A DNA stretch of 64,000 nt from Scytonematopsis contorta HA4267-MV1 (GCA_019359035.1 JAHHIC010000051.1:94146-158145), one strand, 5' to 3'. Shown: positions 1 to 9,716, counted from the first letter of the stretch. A program made the numbers and translations. Notes: generated by a model from the letters alone, not told the origin.

Positions 1-299
1 CGAATCGAGGTCATTTCCGGAGCGGATAAATCAGTTTCAGCATGAATAGGGGCAAATCCAGCCGCAGTCAACATTAAGTTTTGCTGTCTTAGGGGGATTT
101 CCAAAACGGTAGCCAATTGTAAAACCATCTCTCTGCTGGGTTTTGCGCGTCCTGATTCAAGAAAACTAATGTGTCGCTGAGACACTTCACTGTTAACAGC
201 TAAGTCGAGTTGGCTGTATCCTTGTTGGCTACGCCATTGTTTAAGGAGCTTTCCAAACGAGGGAGTTATAGTTGTACTGTCCGTATTTGAATGCTGCAT
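1..299 (-). CDS. XRE-family helix-turn-helix transcriptional regulator. The 3' part is truncated by the window edge. N-terminal translation: MQHSNTDSTTITPSFGKLLKQWRSQQGYSQLDLAVNSEVSQRHISFLESGRAKPS...
   Basis: Reverse-strand translation from the ATG (complement of 297-299) gives the classic Cro/C1 HTH: QQGYSQLDLA...ISFLESGRAKPSREMVLQLA. The ORF runs off the window start and is absent from the ORF track because there is no in-window stop. Confidence 0.6.
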   Translation of the reverse strand, partial: MQHSNTDSTTITPSFGKLLKQWRSQQGYSQLDLAVNSEVSQRHISFLESGRAKPSREMVLQLATVLEIPLRQQNLMLTAAGFAPIHAETDLSAPEMTSI

Positions 300-402
300 A
301 ATTAAGACGTTCGTTCCGGGATGACTTTTGATTACCTGTGAGGTAATTGTTTTTATTATCTCCCTTTGGCACGATTAAATCATACTGACTCAGGTAAAAA
401 TT

Positions 403-777
403 ATGCTGAAATCAACCAATGTCTCGACAACAACAGTTCTAGCAGAATCTTTCAAGGCTTGGAAACTCTTTTATTTACTACTTACAATTGGTGGTTCCAT
501 TGCACCTTGGTTTTGGTTGCTTCAAGACCCAAAAGCATTATTGTCGTTACCTTTCTTCTTTCAACAGGCGTTTGCGAATAATATAACCGCTGGAATAACA
601 AGTGATTTGCTGATTAGTGCATCAGCCTTCTTTTATTTTGCGTGGATTGAACTTAAACGCTTGGGGGTTTCTCGGTTGTGGATGCTAGCATATATCGGAT
701 TAACTTTTGGGGTGGGACTTTCTTGCTCGTTGCCATTCTTTCTATACCGTAGAGAGTGCATCCTGAAAAAAAATTAA
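403..777 (+). CDS. small hydrophobic membrane protein (hypothetical)
   Basis: The 124-aa ORF has three to four predicted hydrophobic helices and no recognisable catalytic motif. Confidence 0.45.
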   Translation: MLKSTNVSTTTVLAESFKAWKLFYLLLTIGGSIAPWFWLLQDPKALLSLPFFFQQAFANNITAGITSDLLISASAFFYFAWIELKRLGVSRLWMLAYIGLTFGVGLSCSLPFFLYRRECILKKN

Positions 778-1223
778 TCTTACACTTCACTGAAAGACAA
801 TTGTATTCAATTTATTGTCCCCCTTCCCGATGTTCGGAAGGGGTTAGGGGTAGGTTCTTTATATTATTTTATTTCCAGGTTGTGAATGGCTTAAAGATTA
901 CTTGGAAACTCATCCTCAGGCTAGTAAGGAACTTAATATGTGTCAAACTTACCGCTCTTTCAAAAATGTCTTCTAATTTTCCGTAATTGCCCAAAACTAT
1001 ACTGTATATATTATTAGAGAAGCAACTATAACTAAACTATATAACTAAAGCATGGGGACTTACCCCACCTTAACCCAGTCATCACGGCTGGGTTTTGAGT
1101 TTGTAAGGTAGGATTTTCATCATGTTTATTATAAAATTTATTTATGAATATTAAGTTTTCTTGTTACGAGCAGCGTTCGTTATATGATGCAATCGCAAAA
1201 CTACCGTGCCAAATTATAAAAAT

Positions 1224-2138
1224 TCAACTTTTCTCAGGCACAACCTTTTTTGGCAAAGGTATTGGTTGTTTTGGCTTGGGTGCTGGTGCTGGTGTTCCTG
1301 TTGATGCTGGTGCTGCTCCTCTCATTTCTTTCTTTTTAGCTTCCAAAAGTGTAGCTTTATCCTTTTTAGAAGCTTTAAGAAATTTAGGTGCATTTTCTTG
1401 AGGTTCAGCCAATAACTCGAAAAATCCAAAGACATTTCGCTGCGGTAAAAACTTCGCTTTAACTTGAACAAACGCTGGATGTCCCTGGTCACCTTCTGCT
1501 TTGGGATTAAAGCGAAACGGTCTCACGGGTGAATCTCTCCAAAACAAGGGGATATGGCTTGCTTTCATAAATTTTACTTTTTTGGCAGGTTCCGCTTGCT
1601 TAATAAATTCCAGTCTTTGGTGAGTAAAATTGCGAAACACGGATATACAAGGTGTCGGACACACAGGAATGAATTGCCACAACCCGCAAAATTTAAACTC
1701 AAAATCTTCTAACTGGGACGAAATAGCCTCTTCTTCTCTTCCTTTATCAAAACCAACTAACTGAAACGCGATTTGATGAGGTTGTTCTTTTCTAGGAAAG
1801 TGAATCACCTTTGGATAAACAAGCAGTCGTTGAGTATGCTCACCAGTTGCCTCAATTTCTTTTTTTAGAGCCTCAAATACTCTACGTTTTTTGGGGATAT
1901 AAAAAAGTTGATATGTAGAGCGTCCAAACGTAATGGTACTTTTACCCTCTGTGTCTAAGTTTACCTCGCCTATTATTACCCCTACAGCTTGAAAAATCCC
2001 ATCAGGATGCTCTGCGACTTCTGCCGAATCTTCAGCATCGCTTACCTCTGGTGGAATATCTGAGGAAGTCGGTGGTGTTTGTTCTTCTACCTCAGTGCCA
2101 TTTGAAATTGGGTTTGTAGATGTCATGTTTTTGTTCAA
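1224..2138 (-). CDS. hypothetical protein with acidic N-terminus and Pro/Ala/Lys-rich C-terminal tail
   Basis: The 304-aa ORF has an ATG start and protein-like composition. There is no diagnostic motif. The C-terminal PAPAPKPKQPIPLPKK tail is low-complexity. Confidence 0.6.
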   Translation of the reverse strand: MNKNMTSTNPISNGTEVEEQTPPTSSDIPPEVSDAEDSAEVAEHPDGIFQAVGVIIGEVNLDTEGKSTITFGRSTYQLFYIPKKRRVFEALKKEIEATGEHTQRLLVYPKVIHFPRKEQPHQIAFQLVGFDKGREEEAISSQLEDFEFKFCGLWQFIPVCPTPCISVFRNFTHQRLEFIKQAEPAKKVKFMKASHIPLFWRDSPVRPFRFNPKAEGDQGHPAFVQVKAKFLPQRNVFGFFELLAEPQENAPKFLKASKKDKATLLEAKKKEMRGAAPASTGTPAPAPKPKQPIPLPKKVVPEKS

Positions 2139-2572
2139 GTGATATTGTAAAAATATTAATCAATACTTATAATAGCAGCTTTAATAACTTAGAGCTTTAT
2201 GCAAATAGGTGTATTATTCAAACCCGCTGACCGACCTGTAGCTACATTCATTACAGTAACTGCGTTGTCTTATAAGTGGTCTTATAATATGCCTTCACCT
2301 CATGGTCAAATACTTTTCAGATTTATTTGGAACTTTTAAATAATTAGTTAGGTCATTGACGATATATGGACGATGCGTATAATATTTAGCAGATAATAGC
2401 TGATTATACTAGTTACAAATTAACTTTATATTTTTAACTTGATGAAAAACAAAAACTTTAAATCATGTAAATAAACATAAATATCCTTTTTATTTGGTGG
2501 ACATTAGAGAAAACCGCTCACAAAATAGGAGAGGTGTTTTCTTTATAATAAATATTATATTGGAGGGTCGCA

Positions 2573-3319
2573 ATGAAACTTAACCAAGTAATAGCAGTCT
2601 TACAGACAATTAAAGCTAATTCGACAAAGGCAAAAACAGCGGTTTACCATCAGATTCAAAAGAGTCCAATGTTTCAGGGAATTTCCCGCACTTACCAACC
2701 AGTAGCGGAAGATGGTTTTGTGTATCCTCCTGAAAATCAGACCTTACAATTAAAAGCTGAAGATTTACTCGGTCAATTTGAACAAGCTTGTAGCGAATTA
2801 TTTAATTTGTGTGCTACGCAAGATTGGGCTAATGCTGAAGCAAAAGCGGATATAGTGGTTGATGGAAATACTATTTTGAGGGAGGTTCCTGTTTCTTATC
2901 TACTGTTCTTGGAAAAGCAACTGGTTGATATTAAAACTTTTATTTCCAGTTTACCTGTTTTAGATACTACGGAAACTTGGGTTTACGACCAGCAGCAGGA
3001 ATGCTTTGCTACGGAACCAAAATTAACTACTAAAACAAAAAGGATTGTTAAGCCAGTAGTCTTATACGAAGCGACCAAAGAACATCCAGCACAAGTCAAG
3101 GAATCTTCGGAAGATGTACCCGAAGGTACTTGGAGAACAGTTAAATTTTCTGGTGCTATTTCTATTGCACGGCAAAATGAGTTGTTGCGTCGAGTAGATA
3201 AGTTAATGCAGGAAGTGATTTTTGCAAGGGAACAGGCTAATAGCTTGGAAGTGACCAAAAATAATTCTGTTTCCCGTTCTGTTTTTGGGTACCTGTTCGC
3301 TCCCTCAAATATTAGATAG
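2573..3319 (+). CDS. hypothetical protein (unknown family)
   Basis: The 248-aa ORF is preceded by GGAGGG seven nucleotides upstream of the ATG. Composition is balanced. It lies immediately upstream of the tRNA-like elements. Confidence 0.65.
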   Translation: MKLNQVIAVLQTIKANSTKAKTAVYHQIQKSPMFQGISRTYQPVAEDGFVYPPENQTLQLKAEDLLGQFEQACSELFNLCATQDWANAEAKADIVVDGNTILREVPVSYLLFLEKQLVDIKTFISSLPVLDTTETWVYDQQQECFATEPKLTTKTKRIVKPVVLYEATKEHPAQVKESSEDVPEGTWRTVKFSGAISIARQNELLRRVDKLMQEVIFAREQANSLEVTKNNSVSRSVFGYLFAPSNIR

Positions 3320-3324
3320 AATAT

Positions 3325-3474
3325 ACTTGGAGTACAAGTTAAGTCTTAGTGTCTATAGTAAAATTTGTAGGTTCGATTCCTACCCTCCCTACTTTAGGGG
3401 AGGTGGCCAAATGGTAAAGGCGTTTCTCGACACAATTTAGTTTAATGTCTTAGTTTTAGGCTATTACTCCAAGT
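3325..3474 (+). ncRNA. tRNA-like element A with permuted topology. The order is T-arm (GTAGG-TTCGATT-CCTAC, 3367-3383), acceptor 3' strand CCTCCCT (3384-3390), a 6-nt loop, acceptor 5' strand GGGGAGG (3397-3403), and a D-arm-like GCC-AAATGGTAAA-GGC (3406-3421). The whole is closed by a 10-bp helix formed by ACTTGGAGTA (3325-3334) and TACTCCAAGT (3465-3474).
   Basis: A canonical GGTTCGATTCC T-arm motif is present. The acceptor strands are perfectly complementary but arranged 3' strand first, so they form a capped hairpin. There is no anticodon arm. Confidence 0.4.
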
Positions 3475-3529
3475 TCAACGTTAAACTTCACTTTCTGCAT
3501 CGACCCCTGTAGATTAATGCACGCGGTAC

Positions 3530-3620
3530 ACCAGTTCAAATCTGGTTCGGCGCTTTTTATAAAAAGTTTATTTATCGTTTTGCGCCGATAGTTTAGAGGT
3601 AAAACACCACTGCTTAAAGA
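3530..3620 (+). ncRNA. tRNA-like element B with permuted topology. The order is T-arm ACCAG-TTCAAAT-CTGGT (3530-3546), acceptor 3' strand TCGGCGC (3547-3553), a 28-nt AT-rich loop, acceptor 5' strand GCGCCGA (3582-3588), D-arm GTTT-AGAGGTA-AAAC (3591-3605), and an anticodon-stem-like CCACT plus loop GCTTAAA (UAA) without a pairing partner.
   Basis: The two acceptor strands form a perfect 7-bp complement. The D-arm and T-arm geometry is textbook. The arrangement is 3' half upstream of 5' half. Confidence 0.4.
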
Positions 3621-3815
3621 ATAAATTTATAGGAACCGGAAATAAACTAGGCAGGAATGATGATTACAAGCTAAAAGCTGATAACTTTTGGTTACCAACC
3701 CCTGAGGCATGGATACTGCTTTAGGGGATTTTAAATAATAAGGGTGGCTAATCAGGTGGATAAGAAGTATATATTACAACTATTACACTTGGCGATTAGA
3801 AATCGCACCTACACA

Positions 3816-3842
3816 AGGAAAACCCACGAAGTTGGGTTTAAG
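3816..3842 (-). terminator. candidate intrinsic terminator downstream of the 3862-4284 gene
   Basis: On the minus strand AAACCCA-N6-TGGGTTT forms a stem followed by a T-rich run. Confidence 0.35.
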
Positions 3843-3861
3843 AATTAAGTTAACAGAACTT

Positions 3862-4284
3862 TTAAAAAAGTGTTTGGTTAGTTTTACTAATTTGCCAACC
3901 ATGCTTCTTTTTATTAGTACAAGTGACACCAGATTTTTTTGATACGCAAGTAAAACCTTGATTACGCCAAGTTTTACCATAGCCTAAAACTGGATATTTA
4001 GGATTAAATATAGTGTCACCGTGGCAGAATCGCTCGCTTTTTCCATTCAAATCCATACCAAAAGCATTACCCCATTCTAAGTTACAGTCTTTCGGTTTTG
4101 GTGGTAACTTTGCACTATTTATTTGTATGTCGCAACGCAGCTCTTTATTTTCCTGTGCTAAACAGTAGATATTGCCTGTGGGTGTCTGAAAGCCTGCTGT
4201 GTTTTGTGCGACTACGCTTAAAGCTGTCACGAAAAGTACCAAAGCTGTGGTTGTTACAGCAATATATACGTTTTTTAATCTCAT
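3862..4284 (-). CDS. secreted Cys-rich small protein (hypothetical). The start is reassigned to the internal ATG that gives MRLKNVYIAVTTTALVLFVTALSVVAQ.
   Basis: A signal-peptide-like N-terminus follows the internal Met. The mature part is Cys-rich. The tracked ORF of 175 aa begins further upstream with no better start context. Confidence 0.55.
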   Translation of the reverse strand: MRLKNVYIAVTTTALVLFVTALSVVAQNTAGFQTPTGNIYCLAQENKELRCDIQINSAKLPPKPKDCNLEWGNAFGMDLNGKSERFCHGDTIFNPKYPVLGYGKTWRNQGFTCVSKKSGVTCTNKKKHGWQISKTNQTLF

Positions 4285-4981
4285 TTTCTTTGAAAAATTA
4301 ATTGTATCGTGGTACTGATAAAGTACTAACTTTCCTAGATTAACTACTAATTTAAGTGATGTAAAGTTGAAAATATTACTTTTAGTCAAAGGAGTATCAT
4401 CAGTATTAGCTTATAAACTTGTAATCAAATTCAATTTATTCAACTGAAATCCTTCTGTTTGGGATAGGTCACAGCACATTATTCAATCCCTTAAATGAAC
4501 CCTTGATACGAGACTTCAGATTATCCATCATTCCTCCAAATCAGAAATAATTGCCTACGTGTTTTTACGATGTATGTAAAAAGTATAAATACGTATTGCT
4601 AATATATCTTTTATAGGATTTTTTATAAAAATTTAAGAAAAAGAGTTTTTTACATACGTAAAAAAACGGATGGCGCACCTATATTGTTTAGGTTATTGTT
4701 GCGATGTCAGTATAGATGACAATTTTTAGCATATGTATAGCTTAGTTGACAAGGAGAAAACAACTAGTTTCTTAGGAATGTTTTAAGAATTGACCACAAG
4801 GCATCAAATTTTAACTATTTTAAAACCTACCTAGTCGTTCGCAGCCAGGTAGGCTTTGTAAAAAGTTTGAATTTTCGAGTTATCCACGCGCACTTAGAGA
4901 AATTTTCTCTCAAAATTTGCTCAGTAGTTCGCAGCTACGATGCAAATTATTTAGTACAAATAACCCATAGGAGGGGTTTTT

Positions 4982-5392
4982 ATGGACGAACAGTATCAAG
5001 TTAGCACACAAAATCTGAATGAGAACACCGTAATCACTGATTCTGATAGGAATTTTCATGCTCACAGTAACAATTCGATTTGGATTGCAGCAACTATTGC
5101 AGAAGATATTCATTCGCTAGCTAACAATCGTCATCAAATTGCATCCCAATGGTTTCGAGAGCGCTCTCGACAAGCTCAACTCAGTTTTAATGTTGCTGTC
5201 GGTTTGGCTGGAGCAACTACTATATTGAGTCTTACATTTGCTGTATCGGTTTGTATGAACAAAATTTCTGAAGCCACAGCAGCCGCAGGTTTGGGTTTGA
5301 CATCAGGTGCAGTTAGCGCGTATTGCTTTAAATTGTCGGATGACGCAAATAAAAGACTGGATGCAGCCGCAAAAGAACTTTTAGAAGAATAG
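4982..5392 (+). CDS. TRADD-N-associated two-transmembrane domain protein (cyanobacterial family)
   Basis: A strong RBS, AGGAGGGG, precedes the ATG. The motif RQAQLSFNVAVGLAGATTILSLTFAV is followed by a second hydrophobic helix. This matches the family's characteristic R-x-A-x-x-S-F pattern and 2TM layout. Confidence 0.7.
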   Translation: MDEQYQVSTQNLNENTVITDSDRNFHAHSNNSIWIAATIAEDIHSLANNRHQIASQWFRERSRQAQLSFNVAVGLAGATTILSLTFAVSVCMNKISEATAAAGLGLTSGAVSAYCFKLSDDANKRLDAAAKELLEE

Positions 5393-5867
5393 AAAACAGT
5401 TAGCGCATAAAGTTATTATTCAAATGTTAATAAAATTGGGGATGCATTTACAAACCTATTCCCAAAGTACAATATAGGGGGTGTACAGCCCTGGACACAT
5501 ATTAATATGGCTGATTTTAAAGAAGTTGTCCAACGCCAAACCTCATGTGATAGTAAGACAACTACATCCTCATACCCAACAGGAAGGGGTATTTATCTGA
5601 GTGACAGCAGTCGATTACAGTTATCTCCACAACTGATTAAATCAAACGGTAATATTAAACTACAAAATAATTATTTAAGGGAAAATAAATTTGGTGATAC
5701 ACAAGCATCACCAATAAGGTATCTTCCTTGAAATACCTATACTGCATTCTCTATTCGTAAAGCATAACGATTCTTGGACTACTTTTCTTGTAGTTCCTGA
5801 CTCCAAAAGTTCTGGGACAATTTTTCTTGCTGCTATACAACCACAATCGGTTGGAACTACTCAGAAA

Positions 5868-6611
5868 TTAATTAATAATTTCTCCTTTGTTATTGTCCAA
5901 CTTTTCACGCCATTTTTGGAGTTCTTCAGGTGTTTGTCTTACCCAATCTGTTACTTCGCCAACGATTTTTAATGGTGCTTGGGAGCGATATGAGCGTGTC
6001 GGATTACCCGGAAATTTTTTGTCTGTAACATTCGGGTCATTTTCAAAATCCCCTGTCGGTTCAACGATATAAACACGTTCACGTCCATCCCCTTTTGCTA
6101 ATGCAGCAGCTAGTCCCGCTCCATTAACAAGGGCTGTAAAATAAATGTGATTCATTTTGAGTTCAGATTTGTAATTAGAACTGCGCCCTGCTGTCAACAA
6201 ATCGCCAACTGGCAAATTTGCTTTCGTTCCATGATAAAAAGGACCTTTGTCAGAAGGTTTATCCTTAAACGAAGTTGCTAATTCATAATTCTTTTTTGCC
6301 TTGTCAGGGTCGCTTAAGTCCTCATAGCATTTAGCAATGTTTGAATATAGATTCGTGAAAGCACTCTTAACAGTGTCGTTATTTATTTTTAATGCAAACT
6401 GCAAAGCCGTCTCGAGCCATTTTAATTTATCGGAAACATTTTTTTGATGTCGGGCTACATAATGAGCTGAAATAAATTTTTCAAAGTCGTATGTCGCTTC
6501 GTTCCAGGCTTGAAGAAATAGTTTACTTGCTTCTTCAGGTTTGCCTTTTTCTTCCATGCTTATACCTTGAAGACAAAGTTTAACAACATTGTTATTTGGG
6601 TTGAATTCCAT
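5868..6611 (-). CDS. arr: NAD(+)-rifampin ADP-ribosyltransferase (Arr family) with an N-terminal helical extension of about 115 aa
   Basis: The C-terminal 130 aa carries Arr hallmarks: GPFYHGTKANL, HIYFTAL, RVYIVEPTGDFENDPNVTDKKFPGNPTRSYRS, and PLKIVGEVTDW. A GGAGA-type RBS precedes the ATG. Confidence 0.85.
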   Translation of the reverse strand: MEFNPNNNVVKLCLQGISMEEKGKPEEASKLFLQAWNEATYDFEKFISAHYVARHQKNVSDKLKWLETALQFALKINNDTVKSAFTNLYSNIAKCYEDLSDPDKAKKNYELATSFKDKPSDKGPFYHGTKANLPVGDLLTAGRSSNYKSELKMNHIYFTALVNGAGLAAALAKGDGRERVYIVEPTGDFENDPNVTDKKFPGNPTRSYRSQAPLKIVGEVTDWVRQTPEELQKWREKLDNNKGEIIN

Positions 6612-6856
6612 AATTATTTTGTCTCCTAATTATCGTAATATCTATTTATTGGTAGCTAAAGTGTATCCTCATTCTAGACAATTACTAGACAGTAAGTGGT
6701 GAGTTATTAAGTATTGAAACATACAAAAACTTGGCGACGGATTCAACTATGAACACAGTCCATCAAAACTTGCCAGTTATGCTTCAATCAAGAATTTACG
6801 ACCGCTTAGGGATATCAACTCGCAGATACCTCACCATTCTAAATAAAAATTTGCAA

Positions 6857-7168
6857 TTATTTATGCTGTTTGTAGGGCGCAACTTTAACGACCTCTTCTA
6901 TAAAATCAGCCAGTCTGGGTTGTATTTTCTCCAGGGTTTGCCCAATAGAGTTGATTATGTGAGCGACCTGGAGAATTTTTAGCACTACGTCTGCTCTCCT
7001 TTCAAACTGAGAACCCCAGTTTTTGTCTATGGTTTGATAAACATACATCCCTTCATTGGCTTGTTCCAATGTTCTGACACACGCGGCTCTGTATCCTCGT
7101 TCTCCCGGACGTGAGCTTTTAAGGTATAAACTACAGTATTCCAAGGGTTCCATTAAAAATCTCCGCAA
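6857..7168 (-). CDS. hypothetical protein
   Basis: The 103-aa ORF has GGAG eight nucleotides upstream of its ATG. It overlaps a less protein-like plus-strand ORF (6731-6982) that is judged spurious. Confidence 0.5.
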   Translation of the reverse strand: MRRFLMEPLEYCSLYLKSSRPGERGYRAACVRTLEQANEGMYVYQTIDKNWGSQFERRADVVLKILQVAHIINSIGQTLEKIQPRLADFIEEVVKVAPYKQHK

Positions 7169-7329
7169 TAGTTTAGTTACATAAACTTGGTAAAACCATC
7201 TTTATTTACGGCTAATAATCCTATGCAAGGCATATGCGATGCTACTAATAGTTACACACAAGTGATTCTTATCGTAAACTAAAAGTAGCATATATTATGG
7301 AAACTAAGCTATACAGGAAAGAAATTATC

Positions 7330-7614
7330 ATGTTACCCATGAGCGAGGTTTTATCTATAAAGTGGACTCCAGAACGTCGCTCCAAGCTGCGAGAAATACG
7401 CGGTCGCATACCATTGGTGGATATAGCTAGCAGACTGAACGAAGTCGGTGTTGAGATATCCAGGCAATACCTTTACAAAATAGAAACCTCAGATGACGTT
7501 AAAGGCGTATCACCGGAAATAATAGAAGGTCTAGCTATTGTACTCGGCGTAAGCGTTACAGAGCTACTTTGTCTCGATTCTAGATTAATTGTACTACCTA
7601 GGGTTGACATTTGA
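7330..7614 (+). CDS. helix-turn-helix DNA-binding protein. The start is moved to the internal ATG carrying an AGGAAAG RBS.
   Basis: The segment VDIASRLNEVGVEISRQYLYKIE matches an HTH pattern and VSVTELLCLD resembles an XRE-like C-terminal helix. Confidence 0.5.
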   Translation: MLPMSEVLSIKWTPERRSKLREIRGRIPLVDIASRLNEVGVEISRQYLYKIETSDDVKGVSPEIIEGLAIVLGVSVTELLCLDSRLIVLPRVDI

Positions 7615-8095
7615 AACAAAAGGTAGAATTATATGAATTGTAGTGAGATTATAAAAGTGGAGTGCAACTGTAATTAAAAGTAGTTTACAAGTAATGCTTC
7701 TGTTCTACTGAGCAGAATTTTAGCAAAATAGTACAGATGGGTAAAGCCAGTATTGCTGTAGTTACATATCAGAATTGCTTCTGTAAACCGGTTTACAACG
7801 GCAAAGCCCATATTACCCGTGATTTATGTCATTCGAGTAGACCACCTAAAATCATTTGAGTACTCAGATTCAGACTGTTTGAGTATGCAGAAGATATTCG
7901 AGCGCATCTAAAAACTACGCAGTAACCCTAATTTGGAAGAAGCGGCGATTGCTAATTTAAAACACTTAGGTGAAATAAAGCGCCCTTACTTGACTCCATT
8001 TGAAGAAAAAATGTTAACTTTTCTAGAACAAGAACTGGGGGCTTAAGGTTTATTGTAACCAATAGTTTATATTTTACTGTTACATAAAGTAATGT

Positions 8096-8135
8096 ACGAA
8101 AAGTCCTGCTCGCTTCTGATTGTTAGCAGGACTTA
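8096..8135 (-). terminator. intrinsic terminator for the 8188-8670 gene
   Basis: On the minus strand AAGTCCTGCT-loop-AGCAGGACTT forms a stem followed by a TTTTCG U-tract. It begins about 50 nt after the stop codon. Confidence 0.6.
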
Positions 8136-8187
8136 CAAACCGTGTGTAGGTTTTTGGTCGCATCTTAGCTTGATACCTACTTACAGA

Positions 8188-8670
8188 TTATGAAATTGTT
8201 CCAGCAGATTGAGCTAAAAAGGATTCCACAGCATCATGCTGCTGGGTAAAGGCTAGGTACTGGCGTGCCATTTCTGGTGTGAGAAATTCAATCATCAAAC
8301 TGTTTTCTACCCAAAATTCCATCACATCAAAGAGAGAATCGCGATTACAACGCACGACACGCCATTGTTCACGAGAACCAATTTGTTCAATCTCAGCTTG
8401 ACTTGTTGAAACCGAAATTGCAGCATGTGTTGCTGTAAATCGGGAAGGATGGGGATTGTGGACAAAATGGACGGAATCTAATTCAGTCCCAGGAAGGAGT
8501 TCACACCCTAAAGGTAAAATTTCAATCGCAGTGCCATGCTCATCGAATGCGACAACTATGTAGCTTCCTGGATGGGGTGGGAAAGGGGCTACTTGACCTT
8601 TAACAACTTCTGCTAGAACAGTTGCAACATGTTGAGGGTTTTGGGCAGAAATAGAAATGTGGTGAATCAT
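8188..8670 (-). CDS. small enzyme-like protein. The glyoxalase/VOC-like fold is a guess.
   Basis: The N-terminal MIHHISISAQNPQ resembles VOC-family starts. There is no firm motif. Confidence 0.4.
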   Translation of the reverse strand: MIHHISISAQNPQHVATVLAEVVKGQVAPFPPHPGSYIVVAFDEHGTAIEILPLGCELLPGTELDSVHFVHNPHPSRFTATHAAISVSTSQAEIEQIGSREQWRVVRCNRDSLFDVMEFWVENSLMIEFLTPEMARQYLAFTQQHDAVESFLAQSAGTIS

Positions 8671-8904
8671 AATAATTTACTTTACTCCTACTAGACTATG
8701 TGTAAGTTATATGCTGCTTATACCTATGTTTATGCAGCAAGCTTTTACGAAGCTGGTAAAGTTTTACAAGAAATACGAGATAAACGCTTATATCGTAGTA
8801 CTCACGAGACTATGAGCATAAGTAAGTCAGCAAAAATAAATTTTGCTATATAAACAAATGTAAAATGCGTTCACTACGTTGTACGTCGCGCTAACACTAA
8901 TTGC

Positions 8905-8937
8905 AATTTTGAATTTTGAATTTTGAATTTTGAATTG
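8905..8937. repeat. STRR-like heptamer tandem repeat (ATTTTGA)n, about 4.5 copies
   Basis: Read directly from the sequence: caattttgaattttgaattttgaattttgaattg. Confidence 0.9.
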
Positions 8938-9062
8938 ATGTGACCCTGACAAGTTTTAGGTCTAGTTACACTGACAACTTTTGGGTTTGGTCACATCATG
9001 ACTTTGTGAACATACTAATTGCCGCGATACCAAACGCACCTACATCAAGACATTGCCTGTAA

Positions 9063-9594
9063 TTATTTTGGTTGATTCCTCCAAGGGCAAAAACCCTCCG
9101 GAAGCGTTGATTCACAAGCCGAACGGAGCAAACTTAAACCAATTCCTTTTGATAAAGGATGAGTTTGTGTCTCAAAAATAGGTGAAAAAAATACATAGTC
9201 TATTCCGCACTGTTCCGCTTCTTTTATAGATTTCAACGAGTGGCATGACTTGCCAAATAACACATTACGGTCTTTCGTCTGATGAGTTTTAATTTTGTCA
9301 TTCTCTCTAAAATGGAAGGCACTAACCAGAGAAGATTTATAATTAAGAGAAAATGGTAGTATGATTGGCAATTCTTTATAAGACAAATTCTCCAAAATTG
9401 TATCTACAGTTTCTTTGTTCGCATCATATAAACGCACATAGAAAGAATCAGCACCATTATTGGTAGCTATTTTTCCCCACTCTGTAACTTTTTTAGCAAG
9501 CTTTAACAAGTCTTGAGAAAGTAGCTCTTCGGCAATCACTGATGTGGAATCAAATATTGCGATTTTTTTGAAATGTTTTACTGTTAGTGTCATA
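9063..9594 (-). CDS. thiamine-phosphate synthase (ThiE/TenI)-family protein. The start is set at the internal ATG (MTLTVKHF...). The tracked ORF begins at a TTG.
   Basis: The motif GIDYVFFSPIFETQTHP resembles the ThiE/TenI phosphate-binding loop region. Confidence 0.45.
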
Positions 9595-9716
9595 TAAACC
9601 CTATTTCCTGCAGCAGTAATGACTGTAGAAGCTGAAGTTATTAGCCAAGTCTTACTTATTCGAGTTGAAGTTGACAAAAACTCAACTGTACTTTAATCTC
9701 TTTTACCGTAAGTAAA

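Noticed and set aside
756-986. 76-aa ORF following the membrane protein gene
   Set aside because: It overlaps the preceding gene's 3' end out of frame and has no RBS. It is Phe/Leu/Arg-rich and not protein-like.
1069-1098. Hairpin AACCCAGTCATCACGGCTGGGTTTT as a terminator
   Set aside because: It is about 300 nt from the nearest plus-strand stop. A terminator role is possible but the assignment is unclear, so it is not listed as a feature.
3367-3620. tmRNA (ssrA) or a group-I-intron-containing tRNA-Leu(UAA) as explanation for the tRNA-like pieces
   Set aside because: The acceptor ends do not match tmRNA consensus (GGGGCUG...CUCCACCA). There is no mRNA-like or pseudoknot region. The 5' piece shows a UAA-containing loop, but it does not resemble the cyanobacterial tRNA-Leu exon. 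The 3' acceptor strand lies upstream of its 5' partner, not downstream of an intron.
5507-5731. 74-aa plus-strand ORF
   Set aside because: It is low-complexity Ser/Thr-rich with no RBS. It sits in the 3' intergenic region between convergent genes.
6731-6982. 83-aa plus-strand ORF overlapping the 6857-7168 minus-strand gene
   Set aside because: The minus-strand ORF has a good RBS and better protein-like composition. The plus ORF is judged spurious.
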